NCBI GenBank assembly: GCA_963795085.1
Contig: CAWCFX010000001.1
Coordinates: forward strand, 1,184,001-1,248,000
Direction of reading: 5' to 3'
From: an uncultured Gemmatimonadales bacterium
GTDB lineage: Bacteria; Gemmatimonadota; Gemmatimonadetes; Gemmatimonadales; GWC2-71-9
DNA length: 64,000 nucleotides
In this document: positions 9,981 through 20,877 of the stretch, in pieces
How the letters are laid out: each line of letters starts with the position of its first letter
Numbering within the stretch: the stretch's first letter is position 1
Translations under genes and position numbers: made by a program
Notes under the pieces: generated by a model
Told to the model about the DNA's origin: nothing
What the model saw: the letters and a program-made list of their open reading frames with translations, nothing else
The model's database searches: none

Positions 9981-10721
9981 ATGAGCGACAACCTGCTCGA
10001 AACGATCCGGGTTACCGGCGCCGTCCCGGCCCACATCGCCATCATCATGGATGGCAATGGGCGCTGGGCGCAGACCCGCTCGCTGCCCCGGCCGATGGGA
10101 CACCAGGCCGGGATGAAGGCGGTGCGCGAGGTCGTGGAAGGCTGCCTGGCCGCCGGGGTCGAGGTTCTGACGCTCTTCGCCTTCAGCCAGGAGAACTGGC
10201 AGCGGCCGCCCGAGGAGATCGACGCGCTGATGGCGCTGCTGGAGGAGTACATCGCCAGGGAACTGGCCGAGCTCCGGAGCCAGGGCGTGGCGGTGCGGAT
10301 GCTGGGCGACCTGGAACGGCTCTCGCCCGGGGCCCGCGCCGCGGTCGACCGGATCATGCAGGAAACCTCGGCCGGGGCCAGGCTCGATCTCAATATCTGC
10401 ATCTCCTACAGCTCCCGGGCCGAGCTGGCCCGCGCGGCTCGCCTGCTGGCCGAGGCCGCCGTCCAGGGCAAGCTGAATCCCGCCGAGATCGACGAACAGG
10501 CGGTGGCCGATCACCTCTTTACCGCGCCCTGGCCCGACCCGGACCTCCTGATCCGGACCTCCGGCGAGATGCGGATCTCCAATTTTCTGCTCTGGCAGCT
10601 GGCGTACTCGGAAATCTGGGTGACCCCGGTGCTGTGGCCCGACTTTACCCGGCAGGACCTCTTCCAGGCCATTCTCGACTTCCAGCGCCGGGACCGCCGT
10701 TTCGGTAAAGTGCTCGCCTAG
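9981..10721 (+). CDS. uppS: Undecaprenyl diphosphate synthase
   Basis: HIAIIMDGNGRWA, FSQENWQRP, PDLLIRTSGEMRISNFLLWQ. Confidence 0.97.
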   Translation: MSDNLLETIRVTGAVPAHIAIIMDGNGRWAQTRSLPRPMGHQAGMKAVREVVEGCLAAGVEVLTLFAFSQENWQRPPEEIDALMALLEEYIARELAELRSQGVAVRMLGDLERLSPGARAAVDRIMQETSAGARLDLNICISYSSRAELARAARLLAEAAVQGKLNPAEIDEQAVADHLFTAPWPDPDLLIRTSGEMRISNFLLWQLAYSEIWVTPVLWPDFTRQDLFQAILDFQRRDRRFGKVLA

Positions 10722-11588
10722 ATGGATGCCAATCTCACCCGGCGAATCCTGTTCGCCGTGGTCGCCATTCCGCTCGCCTTCGGCGTCATCTGGTACGGCG
10801 GCTGGCCGCTGGTCGCGGTCGTCGCGCTGGTGGCGGCGCTGGGCACCCGGGAGCTGTTCGATTTCGCGCGGCGGCAGCGGATCGAGCCCGCGCTCCAGAT
10901 CGGCCTCCTTACCGCGCTGGTCATCCCGCCGGCCGGCTACATCTCGCTCTCCTCCGTTTACAACACCTGGTGGGTGCTGGTCGCCGGCTTCTACGGCGGC
11001 GCCGTATGGATCATGCTGCTCCTCGGCTGGGCGCTCTGGCGCCGTGCCCCGGGCGATAAGCCCATGGAGGCCGTCGCCGTCACATTGTTCGGCGTGGTGT
11101 ACGCCGGGCTGCTCCCTTCGTTCCTGATCATCATCCGCCACAACGGGTACGGGCTCAAGTCGTGGCCCGCCACCGCGCTGGTGTTTTTCCCGCTGGTCGT
11201 CACCTGGGTGTGCGACACCGCCGCGATGTTCGGCGGCAAGCTGTTCAAGGGCCCCAGGCTGGCCCCCACGGTGAGCCCGGGAAAGACCCGCTCCGGCGCG
11301 CTGAGCGGGGTGGTCGGCGGGCTCGCGGTGGCGCCGCTCTTTGCGCTCTTCGTGTTCGAGCCGGCGGGGTTCAGCATACCGCTCTGGAAACTCATGCTCT
11401 GCGCCGGTGTCTGGTCGGTCATGGGCCAGGTGGGTGATCTCGCCGAGTCGCTGCTCAAGCGCGAGGTGGGCCTCAAGGATTCCAGCGCGCTCATCCCCGG
11501 CCACGGGGGCGTCCTGGACCGCTTCGACTCGCTCTACTTCGTGCTCCCTCTCGCCGTGGCGCTCTACAAGCTCCTCGGCATCCAGTGA
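10722..11588 (+). CDS. cdsA: Phosphatidate cytidylyltransferase
   Basis: VSPGKT, ESLLKR..GLKDS..IPGHGGVLDRFDS. Confidence 0.96.
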   Translation: MDANLTRRILFAVVAIPLAFGVIWYGGWPLVAVVALVAALGTRELFDFARRQRIEPALQIGLLTALVIPPAGYISLSSVYNTWWVLVAGFYGGAVWIMLLLGWALWRRAPGDKPMEAVAVTLFGVVYAGLLPSFLIIIRHNGYGLKSWPATALVFFPLVVTWVCDTAAMFGGKLFKGPRLAPTVSPGKTRSGALSGVVGGLAVAPLFALFVFEPAGFSIPLWKLMLCAGVWSVMGQVGDLAESLLKREVGLKDSSALIPGHGGVLDRFDSLYFVLPLAVALYKLLGIQ

Positions 11589-12712
11589 TGCGCGGCGTTG
11601 CCCTCCTGGGCTCCACCGGGTCCATCGGTACCAGCACGCTCGAAGTGCTCCGGCGGCAGCGCGACCACTTCCGGGTGGTGGCGTTGACGGCCGGTAGGAA
11701 CCGGGCCCTCCTCGAGGCCCAGGTGGCGGAGTGGAAACCGGATTACGCCGGCCTGGTGGAGGGAAGCGGCGGCAACGGCCGGATCGCGGTGGGGCCGGAC
11801 TGCCTGGTCCGCGCGGCGACCCACCCCGGCGCCGATATCGTGGTCAACGCGGTGGTGGGGAGCGTGGGTCTCGAAGCCACGCTGGCCGCGCTCAAGGCCG
11901 GCAAACGGGTGGCGCTGGCCAACAAGGAGACGCTGGTCATGGCGGGTGACCTGGTGACCCGCGCGGCCCGGGAAGGCGGCGGTGAGTTGATCCCGGTGGA
12001 CTCGGAGCACAGCGCCGTGCTCCAGTGCGTCACCGGACGGAAACCGGACAGCCTCTGCCGCCTCATCCTGACCGCATCGGGCGGCCCGTTCCGGGACTGG
12101 CCGGCCGAACGGCTGGGCGGAGCCACCGTGGCGGAAGCGCTGAAGCATCCCACCTGGCAGATGGGGCACAAGGTGACGGTGGACAGCGCCACCCTGGCCA
12201 ATAAGGCGCTGGAGGTGATCGAAGCCCACCACCTCTTCGGCCTGCCCTACGACGCGATCGAAGTGGTCGTGCATCCCCAGAGCATCATTCACGCGTTCGC
12301 CGAGTTCTGCGACGGCAGCGTGATCGCCCAGCTGGGATTTCCCTCCATGGAACTGCCGATTCTCTACGCGTTGACGCACCCGGCCCGGCTGCCTGATCAG
12401 GGGGTCCGCCGGTTCGACCCGGTGGCCGCGGGGCCGCTGACCTTCGAGCCGGTGCGGGGAGACGTCTTCCGCGCCTTTGCCGCCGGTGTCGCCGCCGGGC
12501 GCGCCGGGGGGACCGCGCCGGCGGTCTTCAACGCGGCCAACGAGGTCGCGGTGGCCGCGTTCCTGGAGGGCAGGATACCTTTTGGCAGGATCGCCGAGGT
12601 CACCGAAGCGGTGCTGGCCTCTCACATCGGCGAGGCTGCCCTCACGCTGGATGCCGTTATCGGCGCGGACCAATGGGCCCGCGCCCGGACCCACGAGGAA
12701 TTGCCGTCATGA
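11588..12712 (+). CDS. dxr: 1-deoxy-D-xylulose 5-phosphate reductoisomerase
   Basis: LGSTGSIG, LANKE, PVDSEHSA, ASGGPFR, HPQSIIH. Confidence 0.97.
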   Translation: MRGVALLGSTGSIGTSTLEVLRRQRDHFRVVALTAGRNRALLEAQVAEWKPDYAGLVEGSGGNGRIAVGPDCLVRAATHPGADIVVNAVVGSVGLEATLAALKAGKRVALANKETLVMAGDLVTRAAREGGGELIPVDSEHSAVLQCVTGRKPDSLCRLILTASGGPFRDWPAERLGGATVAEALKHPTWQMGHKVTVDSATLANKALEVIEAHHLFGLPYDAIEVVVHPQSIIHAFAEFCDGSVIAQLGFPSMELPILYALTHPARLPDQGVRRFDPVAAGPLTFEPVRGDVFRAFAAGVAAGRAGGTAPAVFNAANEVAVAAFLEGRIPFGRIAEVTEAVLASHIGEAALTLDAVIGADQWARARTHEELPS

Positions 12713-14079
12713 ACGCGTTGATCGCTATCGGGGCCCTGCTCGTCGTCCTGGGCGTGCTGGTCTTCGTCCACGAGGCGGGGCATTTCGCCGCCGCCAAGTG
12801 GGCCGGCATTTACGTCCACCGGTTTTCGCTGGGGCTGGGGGCGCCGATCAAGGCGCTGACCCGGAAACACGGTGAGACCGAATACACCATCTCCTGGCTG
12901 CCGCTGGGCGGCTACGTGAAGATGGCCAGCAAGGAAGAGGAGGCGATCAGCAGCAGCGCGCTCGAGGGCGGCCGGGCCACCGAGCCGGTGCCCCCCCACC
13001 GGGTGTTTGAAGCCAAGCCGGTGTGGAAGCGGATGATCGTCATCCTGGCGGGGGTGGCCATGAACACGCTGTTTGCGTGGGGCGTGTACGTGTATCTGGC
13101 TGCCAAGAATGGCGAACAGATCCTCACGACCACCACGGTCGGCCTGGTCGCCGACTCGCTGCTGCCCCCGGTGGGCGCCGATCTGGCCCGCCTGGAGCCG
13201 GGGGACCGGATCACCGCCATCAACGGCATCCCGGTCGGGTCCTGGAACGACATCGAACGGCAGCTGACCTCCGCGCCGGGGGACGAAATCCGGGTCCAGG
13301 TGGACGGCAAGCCCGACCTGGTGGCCCGCGCCTCCGCCGATGACCTCGAGGCCCGGATCGCCATCAGCCAGGCCATCGCGCCGTTTCAGCGGGCGGTGGT
13401 GGATACCGTGGTCGGGGGGACGCCGGCCGCGTCGGCCGGCTTCGTCAGCGGCGATACCGTGGTAGCGATCGACGGGGCGCCGGTCATCCAGTGGTACGAC
13501 ATGGTCCGGCTCATCGAATCCAGCGCGGGCCGGGAATTGGCGATCGACGTCGCGGGCGCCCAGGGCCTCCGGACCATCCGGGTGACGCCCCGGGCCGAGA
13601 CGGTGGCCGCCGGAGATTCGACCCGCACCGTGGGGCGCATCGGGGTGGGCCCCCGGCGCGATGCGACCTACCGGAACTACTCGGCGGTCGAGGCGCTCAA
13701 GGCCGGCACCGACCAGACGCTGGCGGCCAGCACCCTGATCATCCGGTCGCTCAGGGGCATGGTGCGGGGGCTGATTTCGCCCCGCTCCCTCGGCGGCCCG
13801 GTGGCGATCGGCCAGATGGCGGGCCAGAGCATTCAGCTCGGCATCGATCCCTTCCTGGCCTTCATGGCGCTGATCTCGGTGAACCTGGCGGTGCTCAACC
13901 TGCTGCCGATCCCGGTGCTGGATGGAGGCCAGTTCCTTTTCCTTCTGGCGGAGGCGATCATCCGGCGGCCCCTGTCGCTCAAACTCCGGGAGCGGCTCAC
14001 CGCGGTGGGCCTGGTGCTCATCGTGCTGCTGATGGTGTTCGCGTTTTCCAACGATATTCTCAGGGTGTTTGGCGTTTGA
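12709..14079 (+). CDS. rseP: RIP metalloprotease RseP (two PDZ domains)
   Basis: HEAGH, LPLGGYVKM, NLLPIPVLDGG. Confidence 0.96.
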   Translation: MNALIAIGALLVVLGVLVFVHEAGHFAAAKWAGIYVHRFSLGLGAPIKALTRKHGETEYTISWLPLGGYVKMASKEEEAISSSALEGGRATEPVPPHRVFEAKPVWKRMIVILAGVAMNTLFAWGVYVYLAAKNGEQILTTTTVGLVADSLLPPVGADLARLEPGDRITAINGIPVGSWNDIERQLTSAPGDEIRVQVDGKPDLVARASADDLEARIAISQAIAPFQRAVVDTVVGGTPAASAGFVSGDTVVAIDGAPVIQWYDMVRLIESSAGRELAIDVAGAQGLRTIRVTPRAETVAAGDSTRTVGRIGVGPRRDATYRNYSAVEALKAGTDQTLAASTLIIRSLRGMVRGLISPRSLGGPVAIGQMAGQSIQLGIDPFLAFMALISVNLAVLNLLPIPVLDGGQFLFLLAEAIIRRPLSLKLRERLTAVGLVLIVLLMVFAFSNDILRVFGV

Positions 14080-14228
14080 AGCGAGAAGTGAGAGGGACGT
14101 CGGTCGCTGAAGGCCTGGAGTCGGTTGCTGGTCCTATCGCCGGGTGGAGGAGAGCCTGGAAATGCAAGGAGGGGGCGGGAAGGGGTACGCGAGCCCGATG
14201 GCACCATCACTGTGAAGGGGTTGGTTTC

Positions 14229-15950
14229 ATGCGTCTCCGCGCTTTTGCCGTGCTTGTCGCAGGGCTATCGACCGTCGCGGCCGGGCAGGAACCCACCCGG
14301 GCGGATACGCTCCGGGGGAGTTACACCACCCCGGGCCGGGCCTGGTGGGACGTCACGTTCTACGATCTGCATGTCACTGTGAACCCCGCGGATTCAAGCA
14401 TCCGGGGATCCAACGGAATCAGTTACCGGGTGCTCCGCCCGGGCCGGGAACTGCAGGTGGACCTGATGGAGCCGCTGGTGGTGGACAGCGTGGTGCAGGG
14501 TGGGCGGAGGCTCCGGTTCCGGAAAGAGGGCAACGCCTACTTCGTGACCGTGGCGGGGGCCGCGGCGCCTGCCCGGCGTCCCGATCCGGGCAGTACCAGC
14601 GTGGAGCGCCCGGCCACACCGCCGCCGGCCTCCGCCGCCCGGCCGGCGCTCCGCGCCGGCAGCATCGGCCAGATCCGGGTCTTCTACCACGGCCGGCCTC
14701 ACGTCGCCATCCGGCCGCCCTGGCAGGGCGGGTTCAGCTGGACCGCGGACAGCCTGGGCCGCCCCTGGGTGGTCACCACCGACCAGGGCATGGGGGCCTC
14801 GGTCTGGTGGCCGAACAAGGACACCCAGGCCGACGAGCCGGACAGCCAGCGGGTGGCGATCACGGTGCCCGACTCGCTGCTGAACATTTCCAATGGACGT
14901 CTCCGGAAGGTCACCACCCGGAACGGCTGGACCACCTGGGAATGGTTCGTCTCCAACCCCATCAACAACTACGCGATCGCGGTGGCCGCGGGCCACTACG
15001 CCCATTTCGGCGATACCTACCAGGGCGAGGGCGGGCCGCTGACCATAGACTACTGGCCGCTGGACTACCACCTCGACGCCGCCCGCCGGCAGTTCCCCCA
15101 GACCCTCTCGATGCTGGCCTGCTTCGAGCGGTGGTTCGGGCCCTACCCGTTCTACGAGGACGGCTTCAAGCTGATCGAAGTGCCCAACAACGGCATGGAG
15201 CATCAGAGCGCCATTGCTTACGGCAACCGCTACGCCAACGGCTACCAGGGCAATGACGGCAGCGGGACCGGCCTCGGCATGCAGTGGGATTTCATCATCG
15301 TGCACGAGGCCGCCCACGAGTGGTTCGGCAACAACATCACCACCAAGGACCTCGCGGACATGTGGGTCCACGAGAGCTTTGCCAACTACTCCGAGAACCT
15401 GTACACCGAGTGCCTGTTCGGGAAGGACGCGGGTGCCCGCTACGTCATCGGCACCCGGCAGCTGATCGCCAACCAGGCGCCGATCATCCCGGCACATTAC
15501 GGGGTCAACGCCCAGGGCTCCGGCGACATGTATCCCAAGGGCGGGAACCTGCTGCACACCATCCGGCAGATTGTGGGTGACGACGAGCAGTGGCGGGGGA
15601 TCCTGCGCGACCTCAACCGCACCTTCCGGCACCAGACAGTCACCGGACGGCAGGTGGAGGGATACCTGAGCCGGGAGACCGGCGTGGACCTGTCCAGCGT
15701 GTTCGACCAGTACCTCCGGGATACCCGGATCCCGGTCCTGGAATACCGGCTCCGGGGGGACCGGCTCCAGTACCGCTGGGGCAACGTGGTGCCGGGGTTC
15801 CGGATGCCGGTGGAGGTCGTGCTGGAGGGGCCTGGAGAGACCGTGCGCATCGTTCCCACCGAGGCCTGGCAGGTCCTGGTGCGTTCGGGCGTGGTCGGGC
15901 TCAAGCTGGTTCCGGACTACTACGTGACCCTGGAGAAAGGCGACGACTAG
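14229..15950 (+). CDS. Secreted M1-family zinc aminopeptidase
   Basis: Signal peptide, GMEHQS, HEAAHEW..WVHESF (HEXXH-X18-E). Confidence 0.9.
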   Translation: MRLRAFAVLVAGLSTVAAGQEPTRADTLRGSYTTPGRAWWDVTFYDLHVTVNPADSSIRGSNGISYRVLRPGRELQVDLMEPLVVDSVVQGGRRLRFRKEGNAYFVTVAGAAAPARRPDPGSTSVERPATPPPASAARPALRAGSIGQIRVFYHGRPHVAIRPPWQGGFSWTADSLGRPWVVTTDQGMGASVWWPNKDTQADEPDSQRVAITVPDSLLNISNGRLRKVTTRNGWTTWEWFVSNPINNYAIAVAAGHYAHFGDTYQGEGGPLTIDYWPLDYHLDAARRQFPQTLSMLACFERWFGPYPFYEDGFKLIEVPNNGMEHQSAIAYGNRYANGYQGNDGSGTGLGMQWDFIIVHEAAHEWFGNNITTKDLADMWVHESFANYSENLYTECLFGKDAGARYVIGTRQLIANQAPIIPAHYGVNAQGSGDMYPKGGNLLHTIRQIVGDDEQWRGILRDLNRTFRHQTVTGRQVEGYLSRETGVDLSSVFDQYLRDTRIPVLEYRLRGDRLQYRWGNVVPGFRMPVEVVLEGPGETVRIVPTEAWQVLVRSGVVGLKLVPDYYVTLEKGDD

Positions 15951-15995
15951 CTCGGGTGAGGGCGTGCTCGGCCGCTGGCTCGCGGCCCGGGGCTG

Positions 15996-16919
15996 CTAGC
16001 TCCCCTTCTTCCACCACCGCTTCTTCTCTGGCTCGGTCTTCGGCATGTCCCGGGTCAGGTACTCCGGCGGCAGCACAATGTCCGTCGTCGGGCGGTCCCG
16101 GGTCACGGTATCCTCCAGGTCCTTCATCAACTCTTCGGCGGTGGCATAGCGGTCGTCCGGGTGCTTGGCCATGCACCTGAGCATGATCCGCTCCAGCCGC
16201 CGCATCAGCTCGGGCCGGAGCGTCCGGGGTGGCTCCGGCTTGGTCTCGACGTGCATGCGGGCCAGGTCGAACCAGTCCTTCGACTTGAAGGGCAGTTCGC
16301 CCGTCGCGGCGCGATAGAGGGTGATGCCCAGGGAGTAGAGGTCGCTCCGGCCGTCCAGCGTCCGGCCCTGGGCCTGCTCCGGCGAGATGTAGTGCGGGGT
16401 CCCGATCGTCATGTTGAAGCCGGTGGCCGCCACGTAGCCGCTGATGGCCCGGGCGATGCCGAAGTCGGTCAGCACCGCCTCGCCGGCCCCGGTCAGCAGG
16501 ATATTGTCCGGCTTGATGTCGCGGTGAATGATCCCCTGGCCGTGGGCGAAACTCAGGGCGGCGGCGATGTCGTGGGCGAACTGGATGATGTCGTTCTCGT
16601 CGAGCTTGCCTTCCCGTTCCAGCCGGGCCGCCAGGGTGTCGGGAAACAGGTCCATGGCGAACCAGGCGCTCTCACCCGCCTGGCTGACCTCTTCGATGTG
16701 AACGATATGGGGGTGGATCAGCGAAGCGGCGAACTCGGACTCCTTGCGGAAGCGGCTTCCGAAGGCCTCGTCGGTCCCGAAACGAGGCTTCAAGATCTTG
16801 ACAGCAAAGGACTTACCATCGCCCCTCCGGGCGGCGTACACCCAGGCGAAGCCACCCTGGCCGAGTTGCCGTTCCAGGGTGTAGGGGCCGATCGAAGTGC
16901 CGAGTTCGGGTGCGTCCAC
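15996..16919 (-). CDS. Hanks-type Ser/Thr protein kinase, no transmembrane domain
   Basis: LGQGGFAWVY, AVKIL, HRDIKPDN, DFGIA, GTPHYISPEQ. Confidence 0.93.
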   Translation of the reverse strand: MDAPELGTSIGPYTLERQLGQGGFAWVYAARRGDGKSFAVKILKPRFGTDEAFGSRFRKESEFAASLIHPHIVHIEEVSQAGESAWFAMDLFPDTLAARLEREGKLDENDIIQFAHDIAAALSFAHGQGIIHRDIKPDNILLTGAGEAVLTDFGIARAISGYVAATGFNMTIGTPHYISPEQAQGRTLDGRSDLYSLGITLYRAATGELPFKSKDWFDLARMHVETKPEPPRTLRPELMRRLERIMLRCMAKHPDDRYATAEELMKDLEDTVTRDRPTTDIVLPPEYLTRDMPKTEPEKKRWWKKGS

Positions 16920-17025
16920 AGCTCACCTCAAGGGGTTGCCCAGGACCGCCCGGGCAGGTTATTTTGGCATGCTAGAGAGAAATCGGTAAATGACGCTCGC
17001 GCAACCAGATGAGGATACAGCGAGA

Positions 17026-17286
17026 ATGAGCTTTGACAAGGCGGCTGTGCTCCAGGCACACGCGCAGAATGACAAGGATACCGGGTCGACCCGGGTGCAG
17101 GTAGCCCTCCTGACCGAGCGAATCAACTCGCTCACCGGGCATTTTCGCAGCCATCCCAAGGACCACCATAGCCGGCGCGGGCTGCTCAAGATGGTCGGTT
17201 CCCGCCGGCGTCTGTTGACCTATCTCAAGCGAAGCGATCTTGCGACATACCGGTCGCTGATCGAGCAACTCGGACTTCGCCACTAG
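17026..17286 (+). CDS. rpsO: 30S ribosomal protein S15
   Basis: [30 protein letters not shown]. Confidence 0.97.
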   Translation: MSFDKAAVLQAHAQNDKDTGSTRVQVALLTERINSLTGHFRSHPKDHHSRRGLLKMVGSRRRLLTYLKRSDLATYRSLIEQLGLRH

Positions 17287-17303
17287 CTGAACCGAGTCGG
17301 TCC

Positions 17304-17343
17304 GGGCGCCCCGAACGAGCACTGGGGGCGCCCTCTTCGTTTT
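17304..17343 (+). terminator. Intrinsic terminator-like hairpin between rpsO and pnp
   Basis: GGGCGCCCC/GGGGCGCCC stem followed by TCTTCGTTTT. Confidence 0.65.
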
Positions 17344-17376
17344 GGTGTGCTCCTGACAAGTAAAGGTTCCTGAATC

Positions 17377-19458
17377 GTGCAACGGATTGAGAATGATTTC
17401 GCCGGCCGCAAGCTGATTATCGACACCGGGCGTCTTGCCCGGCAGGCTGCCGGCTCCGCGCTGGTCCAGTACGGGGACACCGTGGTCCTGGCCGCCGTCA
17501 CCCTGTCCCCCAAGATCTCCCACCTCCCGTTCTTCCCGCTGACCGTCGAATACCGGGAAAAGACCTACGCCGCGGGCAAGATCCCGGGCGGCTTCCTCAA
17601 GCGGGAAGGTCGGCCGTCGGACAAGGAGATCCTCGCCTGCCGGGTGATTGACCGATCGATCCGCCCGCTCTTTCCGGAGGGATTCAAGAACGAGGTCCAG
17701 GTCTTCGTGACGGTGCTGTCGGCCGACCAGGAGAACGACGCCGACATGCCGGCGGTACTGGCCGTCTCGCTGGCGCTGGGCCTCTCGCCCGCGCCATGGA
17801 GCGGCCCGATCGCCGGGGTCCGGGTGGGCCGGGTGGACGGCAACTGGATCCTCAATCCGACGTTTCAGCAGCTCGAAGTCTCCACCATTGACCTGACCGT
17901 CTGCGGCTCGGCCGACTCGGTGGTGATGGTGGAAGGCGGCGCGCTGGAACTGTCCGAGGCCGAGATCCTGGAGGCCCTGAAGGTGGGGCAAAAGGGCATC
18001 AAGGACCTGATCGCGCTGCAGAAGAAGGTGCTCACCAAGGCCGCGACCGCCAAGCTCGAGTGGAAGAAGCCCGAGCCCAAGGCCGACGTGGTTGCCGCCG
18101 TCCAGAAGCTGGCCGAGGACGCCATCGGCAAGGCGATCAACGCCAAGGACAAGGCCGGCCGCGCCGCGGCGGTCAAGGCCGTGCGGGACGACGTGGTCGC
18201 CCGCATGCTGGAGCAGTTCCCGGAAGACAGCCCCGCCGTCATGGGCGAACTGGAGGACATCGAGTACCGGCGGATGCGGGCCCAGGTGCTGGAGAAGGGC
18301 GAGCGGGTGGACGGCCGCGACCTGGACACCATCCGGCCCATCACCATCGAGGCCGGGCTGCTGCCGCGGACCCACGGCTCGGCGCTGTTCACCCGGGGCC
18401 AGACCCAGGCCATGGTCGCCGTCACGCTCGGCACCCAGGACGACGAGCAGCGGATCGACAGCATCGACGTGGCCGGCGAGACCACCAAGTCCTTCATGCT
18501 GCACTACAATTTCCCACCCTACTCCACCGGCGAGGTCAAGCCGATCCGGGGCACCAGCCGCCGCGAAATCGGCCACGGCGCCCTGGCGGAACGGGCGCTG
18601 CAGCCGCTGCTCCCCGACTATGAGACCTTCCCCTACACGCTGCGGATCGTCTCCGAGATCCTCGAGTCCAACGGGTCGTCTTCCATGGCCACGGTCTGCG
18701 GCGGCTCCCTGGCGCTGATGGATGCCGGTGTGCCGATCAAGGCGGCCTGCGCCGGCGTCGCGATGGGGCTGATCAAGGAAGGCAAGAAGGTCGCGATCCT
18801 GACTGATATCCTCGGTTCGGAAGACCACCTGGGCGACATGGACTTCAAGGTTGCCGGGACCCGGCAGGGCATTACCTCGATCCAGATGGATATCAAGATC
18901 GAAGGCCTCGACCTCAAGATCATGGAAGAGGCGCTGGAGAAGGCCCGCCTGGGCCGGCTCCACATCCTGGGAGAGATGGACAAGGTGCTGACGGCCGGCC
19001 GCACCGAGCTGTCACCCTACGCCCCCCGGATCATCACGTTCATGATCAAGCCGGACCGGATCGGCGACGTGATCGGCCCCAAGGGCAAGACCATCCGCGG
19101 CATCCAGGACCAGACCGGCGCCAAGATCGGGATCGAAGACTCCGGCCTGGTGACCATCTCCGCCGTCGGCGGCGAGGCCGGCCAGCGCGCCAAGGCGATG
19201 GTGGACGCCCTGGTCGCGGAGCCGGAAGTGGGCAAGACCTACGAGGGCCCGGTCAAGAGCACCACGCCGTTCGGCGCTTTTGTCGAGATCATGCCCGGCG
19301 TCGAAGGCCTGCTCCACATCAGCGAACTGCAGCACGCCCGGACCGAGAAGACCGAAGACGTGGTCAAGAAGGGCGACGTCGTCACGGTGAAGCTGCTGGA
19401 GGTCGATGAGCGCGGCCGGATGAAGCTGTCCCGCAAGGCGTTGATCCCCAAGGAGTGA
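17377..19458 (+). CDS. pnp: Polyribonucleotide nucleotidyltransferase
   Basis: [48 protein letters not shown] and S1 domains. Confidence 0.98.
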   Translation: MQRIENDFAGRKLIIDTGRLARQAAGSALVQYGDTVVLAAVTLSPKISHLPFFPLTVEYREKTYAAGKIPGGFLKREGRPSDKEILACRVIDRSIRPLFPEGFKNEVQVFVTVLSADQENDADMPAVLAVSLALGLSPAPWSGPIAGVRVGRVDGNWILNPTFQQLEVSTIDLTVCGSADSVVMVEGGALELSEAEILEALKVGQKGIKDLIALQKKVLTKAATAKLEWKKPEPKADVVAAVQKLAEDAIGKAINAKDKAGRAAAVKAVRDDVVARMLEQFPEDSPAVMGELEDIEYRRMRAQVLEKGERVDGRDLDTIRPITIEAGLLPRTHGSALFTRGQTQAMVAVTLGTQDDEQRIDSIDVAGETTKSFMLHYNFPPYSTGEVKPIRGTSRREIGHGALAERALQPLLPDYETFPYTLRIVSEILESNGSSSMATVCGGSLALMDAGVPIKAACAGVAMGLIKEGKKVAILTDILGSEDHLGDMDFKVAGTRQGITSIQMDIKIEGLDLKIMEEALEKARLGRLHILGEMDKVLTAGRTELSPYAPRIITFMIKPDRIGDVIGPKGKTIRGIQDQTGAKIGIEDSGLVTISAVGGEAGQRAKAMVDALVAEPEVGKTYEGPVKSTTPFGAFVEIMPGVEGLLHISELQHARTEKTEDVVKKGDVVTVKLLEVDERGRMKLSRKALIPKE

Positions 19459-19569
19459 GCAGTACGACGTGAGCGGTGAGCGGGACTGGACGCAGGAACA
19501 GCCGGAACTACGCCGCTGATCTTACGACTGGTCCCGCTGATAGCTCGCCCCTCACGGCTTACGGATGCC

Positions 19570-20832
19570 ATGCAAACCACCCAGCTCGACTCCGGTCTCT
19601 TCCAGACGGTCGCGCCCAACGGCCTGACCGTCCTGACCGAGTTTCTCCCCGGGATCCGCTCGGCCGCTCTCGGCGTGTGGATCCGCGCCGCCAGCGCGCA
19701 CGAGCCCCGGGGGCTGATGGGGGTGTCCCACCTGCTGGAGCACATGGTCTTCAAGGGTACCGAGCGGCGCACCGCGCGCCAGCTGGCCATGGAGCTGGAG
19801 GTCCGGGGCGGGAGCCTGGATGCCTATACCGGCCGCGACCATACCAACTACCAGGCCCACGTGCTGGACGAGGACCTGCCCCGGGCGGTGGACGTGCTGA
19901 CCGACCTGGTCCGACGGCCCCTGCTGCGCCAGGCCGACCTGGACCTGGAACGCAACGTGGTGCTGGAAGAGATCAACATGGTGGAGGATACGCCGGACGA
20001 TCTCGTGTTCGACCTCCTCGCGGCGCGGCTCTGGCCCGCCCACGGCTACGGCCATTCCATCCTCGGCACCCGCGATACCGTCGCCGCCTTGAGCGCGGAC
20101 CAGCTCAAGGCCACCCACCGGGCCGGGTATTATCCCGGCAACTGCGTGGTGGCGGCGGCCGGGAACGTGGACCACCAGGCCCTGCTGGATATGCTGGCCC
20201 GGGAAGGCTGGTTCGAGGCCGCCGACCGGCAGCTTCCCCGCATGGCGGTCATCGCCGAGCCGGCGGTGCGAGGCGCCCGCCTCCGGGAAGAGCGGGACGC
20301 CACCCAGGTGCAGATCGTGTTCGCGACCGACACCATTCCCTACCGCGACCCCCGGCGCTTTGCATTGGCGATCCTGACCAATACATTCGGCGGCGGCATG
20401 TCGAGCCGGCTCTTCCAGCGGATTCGGGAGGAACTCGGGCTGGCCTACGCGGTCTATGCCTACCAGACCCTCTACCAGTCCACCGGCGTGGCCGGGGTCT
20501 ATATCGGCACCCAGCCCGCGACGGCCGAGCAGGCGACCGAGGCCATCCTGGCGGAATACCGGAAGCTGGCCGAGCAGTCGCTCACCGCCCAGGAGCTGGC
20601 GGAAGGCAAACAGCAGTTCAAGGGACAGGTCATGCTCTCCCTGGAGAACCCCCTCAGCCGGATGAACCGGCTTGCCGCGGTGGCGCTCCACGACGATCAC
20701 TACCGCCCCCTCAACCAGCTGCTGGCCGACATCGATGCCGTGACGGGCGACGAGGTTGCCGCCCTGGCCCGGGAGTATTTCGACCCGGCCCGGCAAACGG
20801 TGCTGCGGCTGGGCCCCATTGAAAAAGCGTGA
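19570..20832 (+). CDS. M16 family zinc peptidase
   Basis: HLLEHMVFKGT (HXXEH), GGGMSSRLFQRIREELGLAY; typical position after pnp. Confidence 0.93.
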   Translation: MQTTQLDSGLFQTVAPNGLTVLTEFLPGIRSAALGVWIRAASAHEPRGLMGVSHLLEHMVFKGTERRTARQLAMELEVRGGSLDAYTGRDHTNYQAHVLDEDLPRAVDVLTDLVRRPLLRQADLDLERNVVLEEINMVEDTPDDLVFDLLAARLWPAHGYGHSILGTRDTVAALSADQLKATHRAGYYPGNCVVAAAGNVDHQALLDMLAREGWFEAADRQLPRMAVIAEPAVRGARLREERDATQVQIVFATDTIPYRDPRRFALAILTNTFGGGMSSRLFQRIREELGLAYAVYAYQTLYQSTGVAGVYIGTQPATAEQATEAILAEYRKLAEQSLTAQELAEGKQQFKGQVMLSLENPLSRMNRLAAVALHDDHYRPLNQLLADIDAVTGDEVAALAREYFDPARQTVLRLGPIEKA

Positions 20833-20877
20833 GCGGTGAGAACCTCTCACCGCCCACCGTCCCCTGAAACCCCAACG

